Below are positions 1 through 11,989 of a stretch of 64,000 nt of DNA, in pieces. The notes below the pieces were generated by a model. That model worked only from the letters and a program-made list of their open reading frames with translations. It did not search any database and was not told the DNA's origin. The stretch is from Tubiluchus corallicola (lineage: Eukaryota; Animalia; Priapulida), in contig JAQGDQ010000333.1 of the NCBI GenBank assembly GCA_030141605.1, forward strand, positions 1-64,000, read 5' to 3'. Every line of letters starts with the position of its first letter. Positions within the stretch are counted from its first letter, which is position 1. The translations under genes and the position numbers were made by a program.

Positions 1-640
1 TGTGGTGTGTAGTGGGTGGGTGGTGTGGTGCAGTGTGGTGTTATGGTGTGGTGCTGTGCGGTGTGATGTGGTGGAGTATTATGGTGTGGGTTGTGTGGTG
101 TGGTGTGTGGGTGGTGCGGTGCGGTGCAGTGGTATGGTGTGGTGCAGTGTGGTGTGATGTGGTGGAGTCGTATGGTGTGGTGTGGTGTGTGGGTGGTGCA
201 GTGTGCTGCAGCGGTATGGTGTGGTGCGGTGTGGTGTGTAGGTGGGTGGGTGGTGTGGTGCAGTGTGGTGTTATGGTGTGGTGCTGTGTGGTGTGGTGCA
301 GTGTGGTGTTATGGTGTGGTGCTGTGCGGTGTGATGTGGTGGAGTATTATGGTGTGGGTGGTGTGGTGTGGTGTGTGGGTGGTGCAGTGGTATGGTGTGG
401 TGCAGTGTGGTGTGATGTGGTGGAGTGGTATGGTGTGGGTGGTGTGGTGTGTAGGTGGTATGGTGTGGTGTGGTGCGGTGTGGTGTGGTGGAGTGGTATG
501 GTGTGGGTGGTGTGGTGTGTAGGTGGGTGGGTGGTGTGGTGCAGTGTGGTGTTATGGTGTGGTGCTGTGCGGTGTGATGTGGTGGAGTGGTATGGTGTGG
601 TGCAGTGTGGTGTGATGAGGTGGAGTGGTGTGGTGTGGGT
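1..640. repeat. (TGTGG)n-based low-complexity/minisatellite tract, runs off the window edge
   Basis: Degenerate TGTGG units with recurring longer blocks such as tggtgtggtgcagtgtggtgtgatgtggtggag; lies in the intron after the Kazal exon. Confidence 0.95.
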
Positions 641-731
641 TTTGTGTTGATTTGTGCATAAAATTCTTTTTGTGGGGTTTGGCTAGTATATACTATTACT
701 AAACACTTAGCAAGTGCAAAAAAAAAATTAC

Positions 732-878
732 CTTCACAGTCCATATTGTCTGCTCTTTTAAGCATGGAAAATGTTTTAGCTACACATTCTAACAAGCATA
801 TATTATCATATATGCGCTGATCATTTCCACATACAGGTGAATACATCAAATTACAGACGCAATCGTTTTCCCACCCGG
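732..878 (-). CDS. Host gene coding exon: Kazal-type serine protease inhibitor domain
   Basis: 147-nt phase 1-1 exon, acceptor tttttag|cc, donor gaag|gtaatt. Encodes GWENDCVCNLMYSPVCGNDQRIYDNICLLECVAKTFSMLKRADNMDCE with six Cys and the Kazal PVCGxDxxxYxNxC motif; P1 would be Leu. Confidence 0.9.
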
Positions 879-1182
879 CTAAAAATAAAAAGAAATATAA
901 AGCTGTATAATACATACAGACAGGAAATGTAAAGGTGTGTTATACTTATGCATAGATACAGAGCATAGATATTAGTTGATAATACATTTGGCCCTATCTT
1001 GAATATCTGAAATTTCCCAAGGTCCGTCCATTGGTCATCATTCAGATCACAAATCTAAATATCATCAGGAATCAGAATCAGCAAAAACATCACACAAACA
1101 TACAGAATGTTTACTGCCGTAATGCTAAAAACGGTACACATTAATAAAAAAACATCCAATAACAAGCAGCAGAAAAACTTAC

Positions 1183-1350
1183 GTAACAACTCTACTGAGC
1201 AGCAGATTGAAGGCTCCTCGATGCCGACTCTAGTGCATACATAACGCTTTGGGCATGGTTTGTTATCCCAACATGTACGGTCTCCTTCACCAGTGTCAGG
1301 TATGGGTGAGGAATTGCGGACCCCACCGCAAAAACCCATTGGCTTTGGCT
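1183..1350 (-). CDS. Host gene coding exon: Lustrin/WR1-type cysteine-rich repeat 2
   Basis: 168-nt phase 1-1 exon, acceptor ttttgtatag|ag, donor ttac|gtaagt. Encodes PKPMGFCGGVRNSSPIPDTGEGDRTCWDNKPCPKRYVCTRVGIEEPSICCSVELL (C..C..CPxxYxC..CC pattern). Confidence 0.85.
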
Positions 1351-2847
1351 CTATACAAAACCAGCAAAAATCTTAAAACTGGTGTTAGATTCCATTAACA
1401 TTACGCAGTGGCAATTCACTTCACAAAATAAATTCATACTTCATAAATCTGGGGGCTTTATGTCACTTCAGAATGTTATCGTTAAAGACGATATTATTAA
1501 ATTCACTAAACTAAACTATTAACAACAATTCAGTTCATAATAAATTATCAAATTAACAACATCTTTGTAAAATTTGATCAAGTTTCTCTTTGATGCAACA
1601 TTATAAAATAACTCATTAGTTAACAATCCTAATAAAAACACTTTATGCATAACAACGAGTAAAACCAAACTATTATAACTATTATAAACATTCCATGCAG
1701 AGTCTCAGCACATAGATATATTGGGATTACAAATTGCTGAGCGACAGAAAATAATCTATGACTTAGTAATAATATCAATGCAGCCTCGTGTTCTTTAACC
1801 CATTTTAATCCAGCCTGAAGTCTCTGTTTTTAGAAGCAGCCCACGACATCTAACTTTTATGTTCTTCCAAAAAAAGCCATCTCCTTGAAGGCTTTCACAA
1901 TGCTGCAGATGCAGACATTTCCTTTTTGCAGTCAGGAAAAGACAAGTAAGAGAAATCATGGTCTTTCTATGAAATATACAGGACTGCAAGAACCAGCAAA
2001 GAAGCAAGTATTCAACCATTACTGGTTGACATAGGTCCCATTCTACCAAAATAAGAAACACTAGTTTTGTGCAAAAATGTCAAAATGGGAGTTTTGTGTT
2101 TCTCGCTTTTCATGCTGCCCATTATCATTTGTTAAAAAATAGGCTATCAGCAGCAAAGCATGTAATAATTCAATGTATAAACTACCTTAACTTAAAGCGG
2201 TTGGTGGTTTAGCCTTGGAAATTATTATATATCGTGGGTGTAGCTCACAGTAAGTGCCAATTTCCCAGCAGTGCTTTTTAACAGGTTTGGAATTGATTAT
2301 CGAAAATACCAAAAAAACAAAAATTATAAAAAAATCACTATGCTATAGTAAAAGAATTCTACTTTTATTTTGCTGACACGTATTTCACAGCTCATTACGG
2401 GTTGCTCCCCCGGTAGGGGCGAGGATCAAGTGTTTGAATCCAATTCAAACAAGTTTTTTATTATAATCCGAACAGAAAATTATAGATTCGAATAATTCAC
2501 ATCTTCAACTACACATGTTGTTTATCATTAAAATGCTTGAATTAGCATGTAATCAGCAAATAAGCATTTTCACAGTTTTCCTCTAAGCAAGTGCAGTTGC
2601 CTTTGGTCAAAGGATAAGTGCACCCCAGCAAAGCGTCTTAACCACAACCGTAACGTGATGTGGGTAAGGCAAAGCTGTATGCCAGAATCAGTTTTGTAAC
2701 TTTTGTTGTTTTATTTGTACTACTTAATTATACAATAGTCTGTGCATAGAGTGATGTACTAGCAGGATCTTATTTGCAAACAAGAAAAACAAGAAAAAAT
2801 GCACCAGGTCAAGGTTCTAACTAACTGTTAAAATTTCTACTACTACA

Positions 2848-3665
2848 ATTTTATTTAGGTTTATGAAAAACTGCTCTCATTAAGATGTGGAGGATTGATG
2901 TTTATGTTTTGCGTTAAATGTGAGCCGCCTGGGCTGCTCGAAATTATTTGCTCCAATGTTATGGGAGAATCAGGTAACCCTTCAAATTTTTTTTGATCCC
3001 TGTGACCTTTCACCTGACCACTAACCCCACCCTACCCCTTGCTCCTAATGCTAATGTTTGCCTAAAGCATTAACCCTAACTCCTAACGCTAATTTCTACC
3101 TATGTGATTACAGGTACTTTTACCTGTCACACTTTGAATTTGATTGTTTTTTAGCTTTTATTCTAACCCTAACCCCTGTTTTTACCTATGTGATTACAAT
3201 AGTTTTTAACCTGTCTATTATTTTTATGCTTGCATAGAATTTAATTATTGTCCAACCCTAATCCTCACTCTAACTTTGGACCAGTGTGGTTAGAAGTTTT
3301 TTTACCCGGTTGTTGTTTTTGTATTTAATTGTTTTTACAGTGATCTACCTTACATTTAATTGGTTTTTATCCAGTTAAACAATAGCAATAAACGATTATA
3401 ACAGTCATCACCACATTTGTATAAACATCTGTTATGGGCATACAAGTTTCTACATGGATAACGTCAGATTTAGCTAGGACAAAACACGGATTTTCAGTCA
3501 GAAAAGTCTGTGATAGGTTTTGACAGGCCGTTTCTATAAGCATACATTTTGAAAAATTAATGAAAATGTTTAAGATAGAACAGGAAACATTGATAAATGT
3601 AACAGTTTTCTTCGCCGATCGTAATTGCATTTCAGTATGAAAAACATTTAATTTAATGTAATTTA
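2848..3665. repeat. Left arm of a long inverted repeat (foldback-like) with degenerate CCCTAA motifs
   Basis: Reverse complement aligns with scattered mismatches to 3869-4481 plus 7757-7978, e.g. ttcttcgccgatcgtaattgcatttcagtatgaaaaacat versus atgtttttcatactgaaatgcaattacgatcggcgaagaa. Confidence 0.9.
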
Positions 3666-4481
3666 GCGATCTTTAAAAGTTAATTTGTTAAAAATTTAAT
3701 TTCATAAAACTCCTCCTTATAAGGAGAAGTCAGTGATGAGTGAATGAATAAGTTCCTTAATATACAATCTGGTGAGATCTAATCTGTACGGAATCTTGCT
3801 CTCAGCAGCGCATGTGAGAACAAGAAAAAATGTGCAAGCTTAGAGAGTCGAATCATACAGTTTGCTGTAAAATTACATTAAATTAAATGTTTTTCATACT
3901 GAAATGCAATTACGATCGGCGAAGAAAACTGTTACATTTATCAATGTTTCTTGTTCTATCGTAAACATTCTCATTAATGCTTCAAAATGTATACTTATAG
4001 AAACGGCCTGTCAAAACCTATAACAGACTTTTCTGACTGAAAATCTGCATTTTGTACTATCTAAATCTGACGTTAGCCATGTAGAAACTTGTATGCCCAT
4101 AACAGATGTTTATACAAATGTGGTGATGACTGTTATAATCGTTTATTGCTATTGTTTAGCTGGATAAAAAACAATTAAATGTAAGGTAAACACTGTAAAA
4201 AACAATCAAATACAAAAACAACAATCGGGTAAAAAAACTTTTGTAACCACGCTGGTCCAAAGTTAGAGTGAGGATTAGGGTTAGACAATAATTAAATTCT
4301 AAGCAAACATAAAAGTAATAGACAGGTTAAAAACTATTGTAATCACATAGGTAAAAACAGGGTTAGGGTTAGAATAAAAGCTAGAAAACAATCAAATTCA
4401 AAGTGTGCAAGAAAATAATTGGTAGGTAAAAGTACCTGTAATCACAAAGGTAGAAATTAGCGTTAGGAGTTAGGGTTAAGG

Positions 4482-7400
4482 CAAGGACTACTATACTACA
4501 GGACGTGCACGCTGAAATCTCTGATTCGGCTAGCGGAGGCGATCAATACTTGCATGAACGTAATCTATAAATAGTGCGCTTTAGAGAGTAGTGATCTTGG
4601 AAATTAAAGAATGTGCGGATCGGTAGATAGCGAGTATTATTTTTCATTTAATTGGTTCTTTACATTACGGGAGAAAAGTACCAATTGTTTATTTTATGTA
4701 TCAAAGGAAATTAGTGTTCATTTTTACTTCTTAAATAGTGCACTACTTTAGGCGTAAGTGTGTTTTACCGGAAGTAGTGCTTTGCCATTGTTAATGTGTC
4801 TGCTTGTGTTTGTTTCTTTGTGGATTATTTTCAAAATTTCTGGTGGATTTTATACATCTGTGCTCAGCAGCATGCCTAACAAGTGTGGTGTTGTTAAATG
4901 CAAAGGTAACTATGACACGGAGAACAAGTGTCGTGTGTTCAGACTGCCAAGAGATCATGTAGAAAAACAGAAATGGCTAAGTGTTCTTCCCCCACGCGAA
5001 GGCTTTGTTGTTGATCCAACGAAATTTTTCATTTGCGAAAAGCATTGGCCGTCGGATACTCAAATGGTCAAAATTCCAGGTGGTCACACCAGGCCAGTGG
5101 ATCCACCCAGTATTTTCAACGTTCCAAGATCATGCTTGCCCACTCCAAAGCCACCACCTCGCCCTCCAAAAACTGAGGACCAGCAGCTGAATTATTTCCT
5201 TAAAAAGGATAAAATAACTTCTCTCAATGAATTCACTCCTGAGAAAGACCTGCATAAGACGTATCAGAACCTCATTATATCTCGCACACAAGACAAATTT
5301 GTGTGCATGTTCATGGAAGAGGACCACAGTCAATGTTATATGTCAATTATTGTTCACAATAAGCCTACCTTGTGTTCCCGTCTTACTCTGTATGCTTTCA
5401 AAAACAGGATCAGTGTGCCATTAAGTAAAATCCTCAGTCCGAACAATGGGCTGTCCTCTTACTCACAATTTTTCGCGGTTGTGAATTCTGTTGTAAACCA
5501 CATTCATCATGTTGATGATACTGTCAACAAAGTGACAAAGTCTCTTGAACTTGAACTAGCTCAAAATCGAGAACAATCTCCTAGTGTTAATGCTAAAGCC
5601 AAGAAGCTCAAATTTCTAACACGACAGCTTCGACTATTATGTGATAAGACTTTCACAGTGTCTGATTATTGCTTTGCAATAGAGTCATTTCCCCATTGCA
5701 ATTACGAACAACTGCGTGACTTTTTAGTGCTACCCAGCAAAAGAAAGCTGCAGTCAGTTATTTCATCGACAGATATTGACAAGGTGCTAGGTAAAACATT
5801 TCAGAAAGTGAAAAGTTCTGAGCAGAAACATTGTATGCTATTGGTGGATGAAGTGAAAATACGCCCAACAGTGGCTTTTTCAGGGGGTGTGCTAAATGGC
5901 ATGGCAAAAAATGAGCCAGACAGTAAAGCTACATCAATGCTATGTGTGATGGCTAAATGTCTACATGGTGGCCCCAGCGTGATGATATCAGTGACCCCCG
6001 TTCACATGCTGACTGCTGCATATCAATTCTCTGTCGTGAAGGAGGCTGCTACAGTGGTTGAGAATTCGGGAGGAACTGTTTTAGGGTCCATGACGGACAA
6101 CCACAAGATCAACCAACAATACTGCAAATTGTTTACCAGACGAACAGACTGGGAGGCTGAACATCCCCTGGAAAATACACGAGTGTGGTTCCTGTTGTAT
6201 GATACCGTCCACATTCTGAAATGTATCAGGAACAACTGGATCACGGAGAAATGTCAGAAATTATCGTTTGACAAGAAAACTGTTGGCTCATTTGCTGAAG
6301 TAAAAAGTCTTTACAAAGCTGAGAAAGACAATGTGCTCAAGTCAACACCTTTGACATATTCTGCAGTCTTCCCATCGAAACTTCAGCTCCAGAATGTGCA
6401 ACATGAGGGTGTTCAACGATCGTGTCGTTGCATCGCTGAGACTTCGAGGAGCCCAGGACACTGCAGAATTCATTCAGCAAGTGCTACGCTGGTGGAATGT
6501 GGTAAATGTTTCTGCCAGAAGTCAAGACATGAGGATGAGAGACCCTGATCGATCTGTTCAACAAGATACATCTGATACTCTTCAGTCGTTGTTGACTCTG
6601 TTTAAGCAAACCGAATCAGGACACGGACCAAATAGAATTGAATGCCTGACACAAGATACACGAAAAGCTTTGATTCAGACCACGGAGGGACTCCTCGCAA
6701 TCTGTAGGCACTTGTTTTCTGTTGGATTTCACTATGTATTATTGCGTGAACTTCAGAGTGACAGAATAGAGGGTGAGTTCTCAGTTTACAGGCAGTCAAG
6801 GGGGGGGGCAATGCATTCATGCAAGCTGGAGATGTCTGTTCAGCATTCTAGGCGGAGACTGGCGCGTTTCTGCATCATTCCTGGAGTTTGTGGACACAGA
6901 CACATCATCCGAAAGCCAGTCGCACACATGCAATGGGATTGATTTCGAGGATGCCAAAATTATGAAGATTTGTGTTGACGAGACTCTTTCCAAAACTGAA
7001 CTGAACGCGTGTGCATATGTCGCAGGTTGGTTGGAGAGTAAGTGCCAAAATGACATTTCTTTTCCCGAGGATGAGCGAAGTGTCTAGGGGAGGTCTTACA
7101 GTGCCCCACACATTCACGTTCGAATTCGTAACAACTGGCTTGTGTTTTGTGAAGAAGTCAACTCACACAGTCTGCTGCCGCAACAAGCTCATGAACATCC
7201 TCTCCATAATCAATGCCTACTTTGATTTTGGAGAATTTTCAGGAAATGCTCTGAGACGCCTGGCGAATGTACTGCTGCATGGACTACACAATTTGGAGAA
7301 GGATCAATAGCAGAACTCAGCCCTTTACCAGACCTCCATTAAGAAGGCGCGACTAGCCGACTAATTGTCGCAAACATCTCTGCAAAATGGTGAGTGCAAT

Positions 7401-7748
7401 AATTTCATGTATTCTAATTTACACAGAGGAACCTATGAATGAGTTTATATAGTCCTGACAAAATGGTGCAGTCTGTTTATTCTCTATAAAAAGTGACAGG
7501 TAATCTTCGGGACACAATGAGTTGCAGATATGGTGTGTTTTTTTTGGGGGGGGGGGATATCATAGGTACCACTGTTTTTAAATTACTAGATGAATGAGGA
7601 ATATGTTCTATGTGTATTGTGGCATGCTATAGGTCACCATGGGGGGTAAATATGTCCAAATTATTAGCACTAAATGTTAAAAATAGATCGCCTCCGCTAG
7701 CCGAATCAGAGATTTCAGCGTGCACGTCCTGTAGTATAGTAGTCCTTG
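4482..7748 (+). mobile_element. P-superfamily DNA transposon, full-length copy 1 (3267 bp)
   Basis: Perfect 63-bp TIRs (caaggactactatactacaggacgtgcacg...gatc; 4482-4544 and 7686-7748), 8-bp TSD ggttaagg (4474-4481, 7749-7756), THAP transposase inside. Confidence 0.96.
4872..7364 (+). pseudogene. THAP-domain P-element transposase (THAP9-like), disrupted
   Basis: THAP C2CH finger (MPNKCGVVKC...FICEKHW), catalytic-type motifs LLVDEVKI, MTDNHKIN, YDTVHILKCIRNNW, QSDRIEGEFS. Lesions relative to copy 2: 5-bp deletion near 6404, frameshift in the G run near 6800, deletion near 7076, stop at 7308-7310. Confidence 0.92.
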
Positions 7749-8222
7749 GGTTAAGGCTATAGGCAAATATTAGCATTAGGAGCTAGGGGTAGGGTTAGGG
7801 TTAGTGGTCAAGTGAAAGGTCACAACAATCAAAAAAAAATTTGAAGGGGTGCCTGATTCTCCCATAACATTGAAGCAAATAATTTCGAGCAGCCCAGGCA
7901 GCTCGCATCTCACGCAAGGCATAAACATCAATTCTGCACATCTTAATGAAAGCAGTTTTTCATAAACCTAAATAAAATACAACAAAACTTTACAATCCTC
8001 AAATAATTAAACAACCCAGCCAGTGCTGTAAGCCTAATATTAATGTGTTAAATTTTTGCGAATGATTACATTGTTTTTTTTTTTGATAATTATTTGTTCA
8101 GAACTCAGGCTATCTGCAGTTTTCACAAAACTATGTGCATTCAATGCTCAATATTCTGCAACAGATTATGCCGTGACATGCCATCTTGCTACAAATGACA
8201 AAACGCAGCAGACAACGCTTAC

Positions 8223-8411
8223 CTGGTGGTTTACTTGTAGGTTTAAATGGATTTTCTCCACTGCAACAAATTGCAGGTACATCTGCCACATGAATGTTAC
8301 AGTAATACCCATCTGGACATGGATTTTTAGACCAACATGTACGAGATCCATACGGAGAATTCCTGTCAGGTATCGGTGAGCCTGATGAACAAGTATTAAG
8401 TGGCTTTGGTT
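8223..8411 (-). CDS. Host gene coding exon: Lustrin/WR1-type cysteine-rich repeat 1
   Basis: 189-nt phase 1-1 exon not in the ORF track; acceptor atttctttgcag|aa, donor ccag|gtaagc. Encodes PKPLNTCSSGSPIPDRNSPYGSRTCWSKNPCPDGYYCNIHVADVPAICCSGENPFKPTSKPP; paralogous to exon 1183-1350. Confidence 0.9.
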
Positions 8412-9289
8412 CTGCAAAGAAATCAACATACTGTAATAAAGTATAAAGAGGAAATTATACATTACAAACTTTATCATTTTTCAGTGGACTTTTATAGTCC
8501 GTCTTTCGAAAGCTAGACAAACACTAAATGGTGCAAATTTTTGCAAATCTAGTTTTTCAGCAGTGAAAAGTTTAAAATAATAGAATGAAGCATACACCAT
8601 AGTATATATATTAACTAGATTTTATAATAAGTTTTTGAGTTATGCCTTCAGCAGCCTTAAGTTAGTATTCCAGTATTTAAGAACATTAAACCTGTATTTG
8701 TCACACGGGCATCCTGGTCACTACAAAGTCAACTTTCAAGAAGAAACACAATAATTATTTTACCTTAAGCATTTTCTTTCACAAAAAGCCACCATCCGAC
8801 AATGAATAAGGTTTTTTTGTTTCTAATTTATCAAAATAGCTACATATGACCAAATGTGAAATCGCATGAAGAATATTCGACTGACTACTTCTGTACTGGA
8901 TCTGACTTTGTCAATGGCTAAAAGGGAAGATAAATTTAGCTACATGGCGCGCATCACTAGTTTATCTGCAATTAAAGTCGGAAATAAAGTTTCATCGAAT
9001 GGTTTCATCTGAAACGTTTATTTTTGTATACAGTAAAAAGTGATTGAAAGTTATCTAAAACCTTACCTGTTTTAGTAAGTTCAGATAATGAACTAGTCTT
9101 TACATTCTATTAACTTTCTTCGTGCCTACCATTAACTACCATAAAACGGTTTGTCAAAGGCTGAAACTATTTTTAGTTACGGTTATAGGCTAAAGGTTAT
9201 ACCGTAAAATGATTTGTGAATAGCTAAAACTAGCTTTATTTAAAGCCATAGGCTAAGGGCTGTAGCCTAAAGCTCTTACTAAAATATAC

Positions 9290-9355
9290 AAAACTATACT
9301 AAACTATACTTGCTATACTAAACTAAACTAAACTAAACTTAACTTAAACTAAACT
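9290..9355. repeat. (CTAAA)n-type microsatellite
   Basis: aaactatactaaactatact...aactaaactaaactaaactt. Confidence 0.8.
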
Positions 9356-10003
9356 TTATTTACAGTTAAATTGCATTAACCATAATATGACATTTGTACC
9401 AATCTATATAACATTGTCATTATCATTAAAAATCATCCAGAGTGGAAGACTATAATTTAGTTTTAAACTGATCTGTATCCAAAAGAGTGCTCTTGGAAAA
9501 TAACAGTTATCATCTCTTTGTACTTTAAATTTGACAGAAAACCAAGAAAAAATTGTAGCAATTTTTCATTTTGTTAATAAAAGTTTCACACTGCAGTTTG
9601 TGGTGAAAAATACAATGATTTCTGTAAATTGTTTGTTATTTGCCAACTCTCAGTTTTAATCGTTATTAAGTCAATAAAAGTAATCATTAAGTATGAATTC
9701 CACATTGATGTCTTTTGTTGAATTAAGGGAATCTTTGCCGTGTTCAATTTGATTAGCCAAAATTAATAAAAAAAATTATATGTTAATGCCTGGAACGTCA
9801 AATACCTAGTATATAGTTTTTCATGAACTTGCAAATGCTGTAAGCCTGAACAGAGGTGGTGTGGCATATTTACATGTGTCGAAGTAACTATAGTTTCACC
9901 GTAGATATGTTTTAGATATTTTAAAAAAAATTAATAAATAAGTAATTATTAATATAAATAAAATAATAATAGATAGGTTTTGGTGATAACATTACTCCTA
10001 AAC

Positions 10004-10640
10004 TCACATTCTAAAACACCTACTTCTACAACCACATTTGCCATTGCAAACAATACTTGCTAGCGCACATTTACATCTGCCACAGCATAATTTCACTTGC
10101 TGGTAACAACATTTAATAAGTTGTCGACACTCTTTTGATGCTGTGAAATAAAAAATCCAGTGTTACTTGCTTGTTAGTTCAGTAAAACTGTTCCAACCAG
10201 AGTCAAACTGGTGACAATAAAGTTTAGGGCAGGAATCAGTGCCTGGTCCAAAAAGTTCTGCTTGATGCATAACCTGTTCGGCATGCTCCAACATTGCATC
10301 CAAAGACACATTTTCATGTGAACAAGGCTTTGTACACTGTCACAGTGATGCATGTGTTGGCTTTGCCATACTAAATTGCAGCAAAACGTTCATGCACAAA
10401 CATGAGTTTAAGTCAGCTGCTTAGCCCTAGGAATAATGCTTAGAGACTCCAAATTCTTCTGTTACTTCTTCAACTCTTACCATTTGGACCAGGCTATCTT
10501 TTTCCTCTCATGGCAAAATCTAAAATCTGGCGCAACCAATAAAAGCTGACAGAACTAATTTTTTTCAGGGCCTACGGCATTCACAATTTCATCACAAACC
10601 AAAGTGCAGCGATTGCCTAATGCATTCTGTATGTCCAGTA
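10004..10640 (-). pseudogene. Decayed C-terminus of an Academ-like (XPG-type nuclease + Cys-rich finger) transposon protein
   Basis: Broken minus-strand frames read ...RGK..AW..., SLDAMLEHAEQVMHQA..W.QALIP and SKECRQLIKCCYQQVKLCCGRCKCALASIVCNGKCGC, resembling the XPG C-terminal segment and terminal Cys finger of AcademX proteins. Confidence 0.5.
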
Positions 10641-11989
10641 TTCATTCGAGAAACAATAGCAGCATTCAAACATAACCTTGCTGCATTGCGACAGTACGTA
10701 CATGTTGGTTGACAAAACAGGTAGCCTTTGATCACAATTCCGAAAAGACAAGGCGTTTATGAGTTGGTAACAGCCACCCTGTTCTCTTGAAATCCATGGT
10801 CATATTGAAGGGCCCATATCAAAAATTAATTTACCGGATGGGTTTCAGCATTTTGCAAAGTTTTATGGTTTCAAGGCAAAATGAGCAATTTTGTCATTAC
10901 TAGTGATATTATAGGTGCATTTAAGCATCAGATATAGATTTCCTGACTTTGAAAACCCATGTTTAGACATTATCTTGTAGGCACTGATGGCAAAGATATA
11001 GCCCTTATAGGCTAGCAACAGCTATATAGTTGGCTACCTTGAAACGTGTGGCCATATTGGACAAATTTCGAATGACTGAATAATTAAAATTTATCGCCTT
11101 AAGGAACTTTACCAATGCATTGCACGTAAATTTTAAGCTCCTGAATCAAAATGAGCCTTTTTTCAAGATTCTGGTAGATTAAATAGCCATTCACTTCGTC
11201 AAATTGCGGAATTTTTTTGACATAATTAGTATCTTTGGAACGCCCAAATTTCGGTCTAATTTGGGTATGTTGTCCTCTTAACTAAATACTACAACAAAAT
11301 ACCAAAAAACCGTTTTCTGGCAATTTTCTGATTAGACCCTACTATCCCTGTGTTTTTAATTTCATGTCACACGTTTTAAAACTGCCATATCGCCTTTTTC
11401 TAACAGAGACAAATTTACACTAAAACTTGGAATCAGGCGGGGCTTTAGACAGTGCAGTGCTGCACACGTCACCAGCATAACTGGCAAGGCGTGGCTGGCA
11501 TGCTAGTTGAATCACTTCTTTACGCAAGAGTGGTTACTGCTATCAACTGCAATCAACACAAAAAAGTGATGCTGTTACATAGCCATGCATAGCAGATATT
11601 GATAGATACACTCTGTATTTTAAACACACGAAAACATGGGTTTATTCAATAAAAGTTAACAATAAAAAGATGTTTCACTGAACAATGAACTTTTGGTTTA
11701 CTAGAAACAAAACGTTGCTAAAAAGCTGGGCGTGGCGCCTTTGGGCGATTGCAGTAGTAATACTAATTCCTACGTCAGCCTTGGCAAAACCCATAGCTGA
11801 GGCACATGCCTACTCTAACAACAGTTAAAGAACAAGAAAAGGGCGCATGAAGTAGGTTTTAGAAAAATCGTCTTACATTATATTACTTTATAGCAATTCT
11901 ATGCACATACTGTATTCGGATTGCAAGGAATTTTCGTTTGTTTGCATTTTAAATCTCCTGCAATATAGTTATTTAGTAGTTTATCTATG

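Larger units (their letters stand above)
3869..7978. repeat. Right arm of the long inverted repeat, split by the P-element insertion (arm = 3869-4481 + 7757-7978)
   Basis: Alignment to the left arm stops at the TSD at 4474-4481 and resumes right after the second TSD at 7749-7756. Confidence 0.88.

Noticed and set aside
12-731. V/W/C/G-rich plus-strand ORFs and a His/Thr/Pro-rich minus-strand ORF in frame with the Kazal exon
   Set aside because: Products of the TGTGG repeat, which rarely contains stops; a good donor at 732/731 ends the exon before it.
3020-3270. Telomere-like CCCTAA motifs as an interstitial telomere
   Set aside because: Short, degenerate and embedded in the inverted-repeat arms rather than a pure array.
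4758-4871. Hydrophobic N-terminal extension on the P transposase ORFs (also 43210-43323)
   Set aside because: The ORF track starts at GTG; the THAP domain begins at the ATG at 4872 and 43324.
8763-8920. Possible extra exon with splice-like sites
   Set aside because: The frames I tested contain stops and show no domain pattern.
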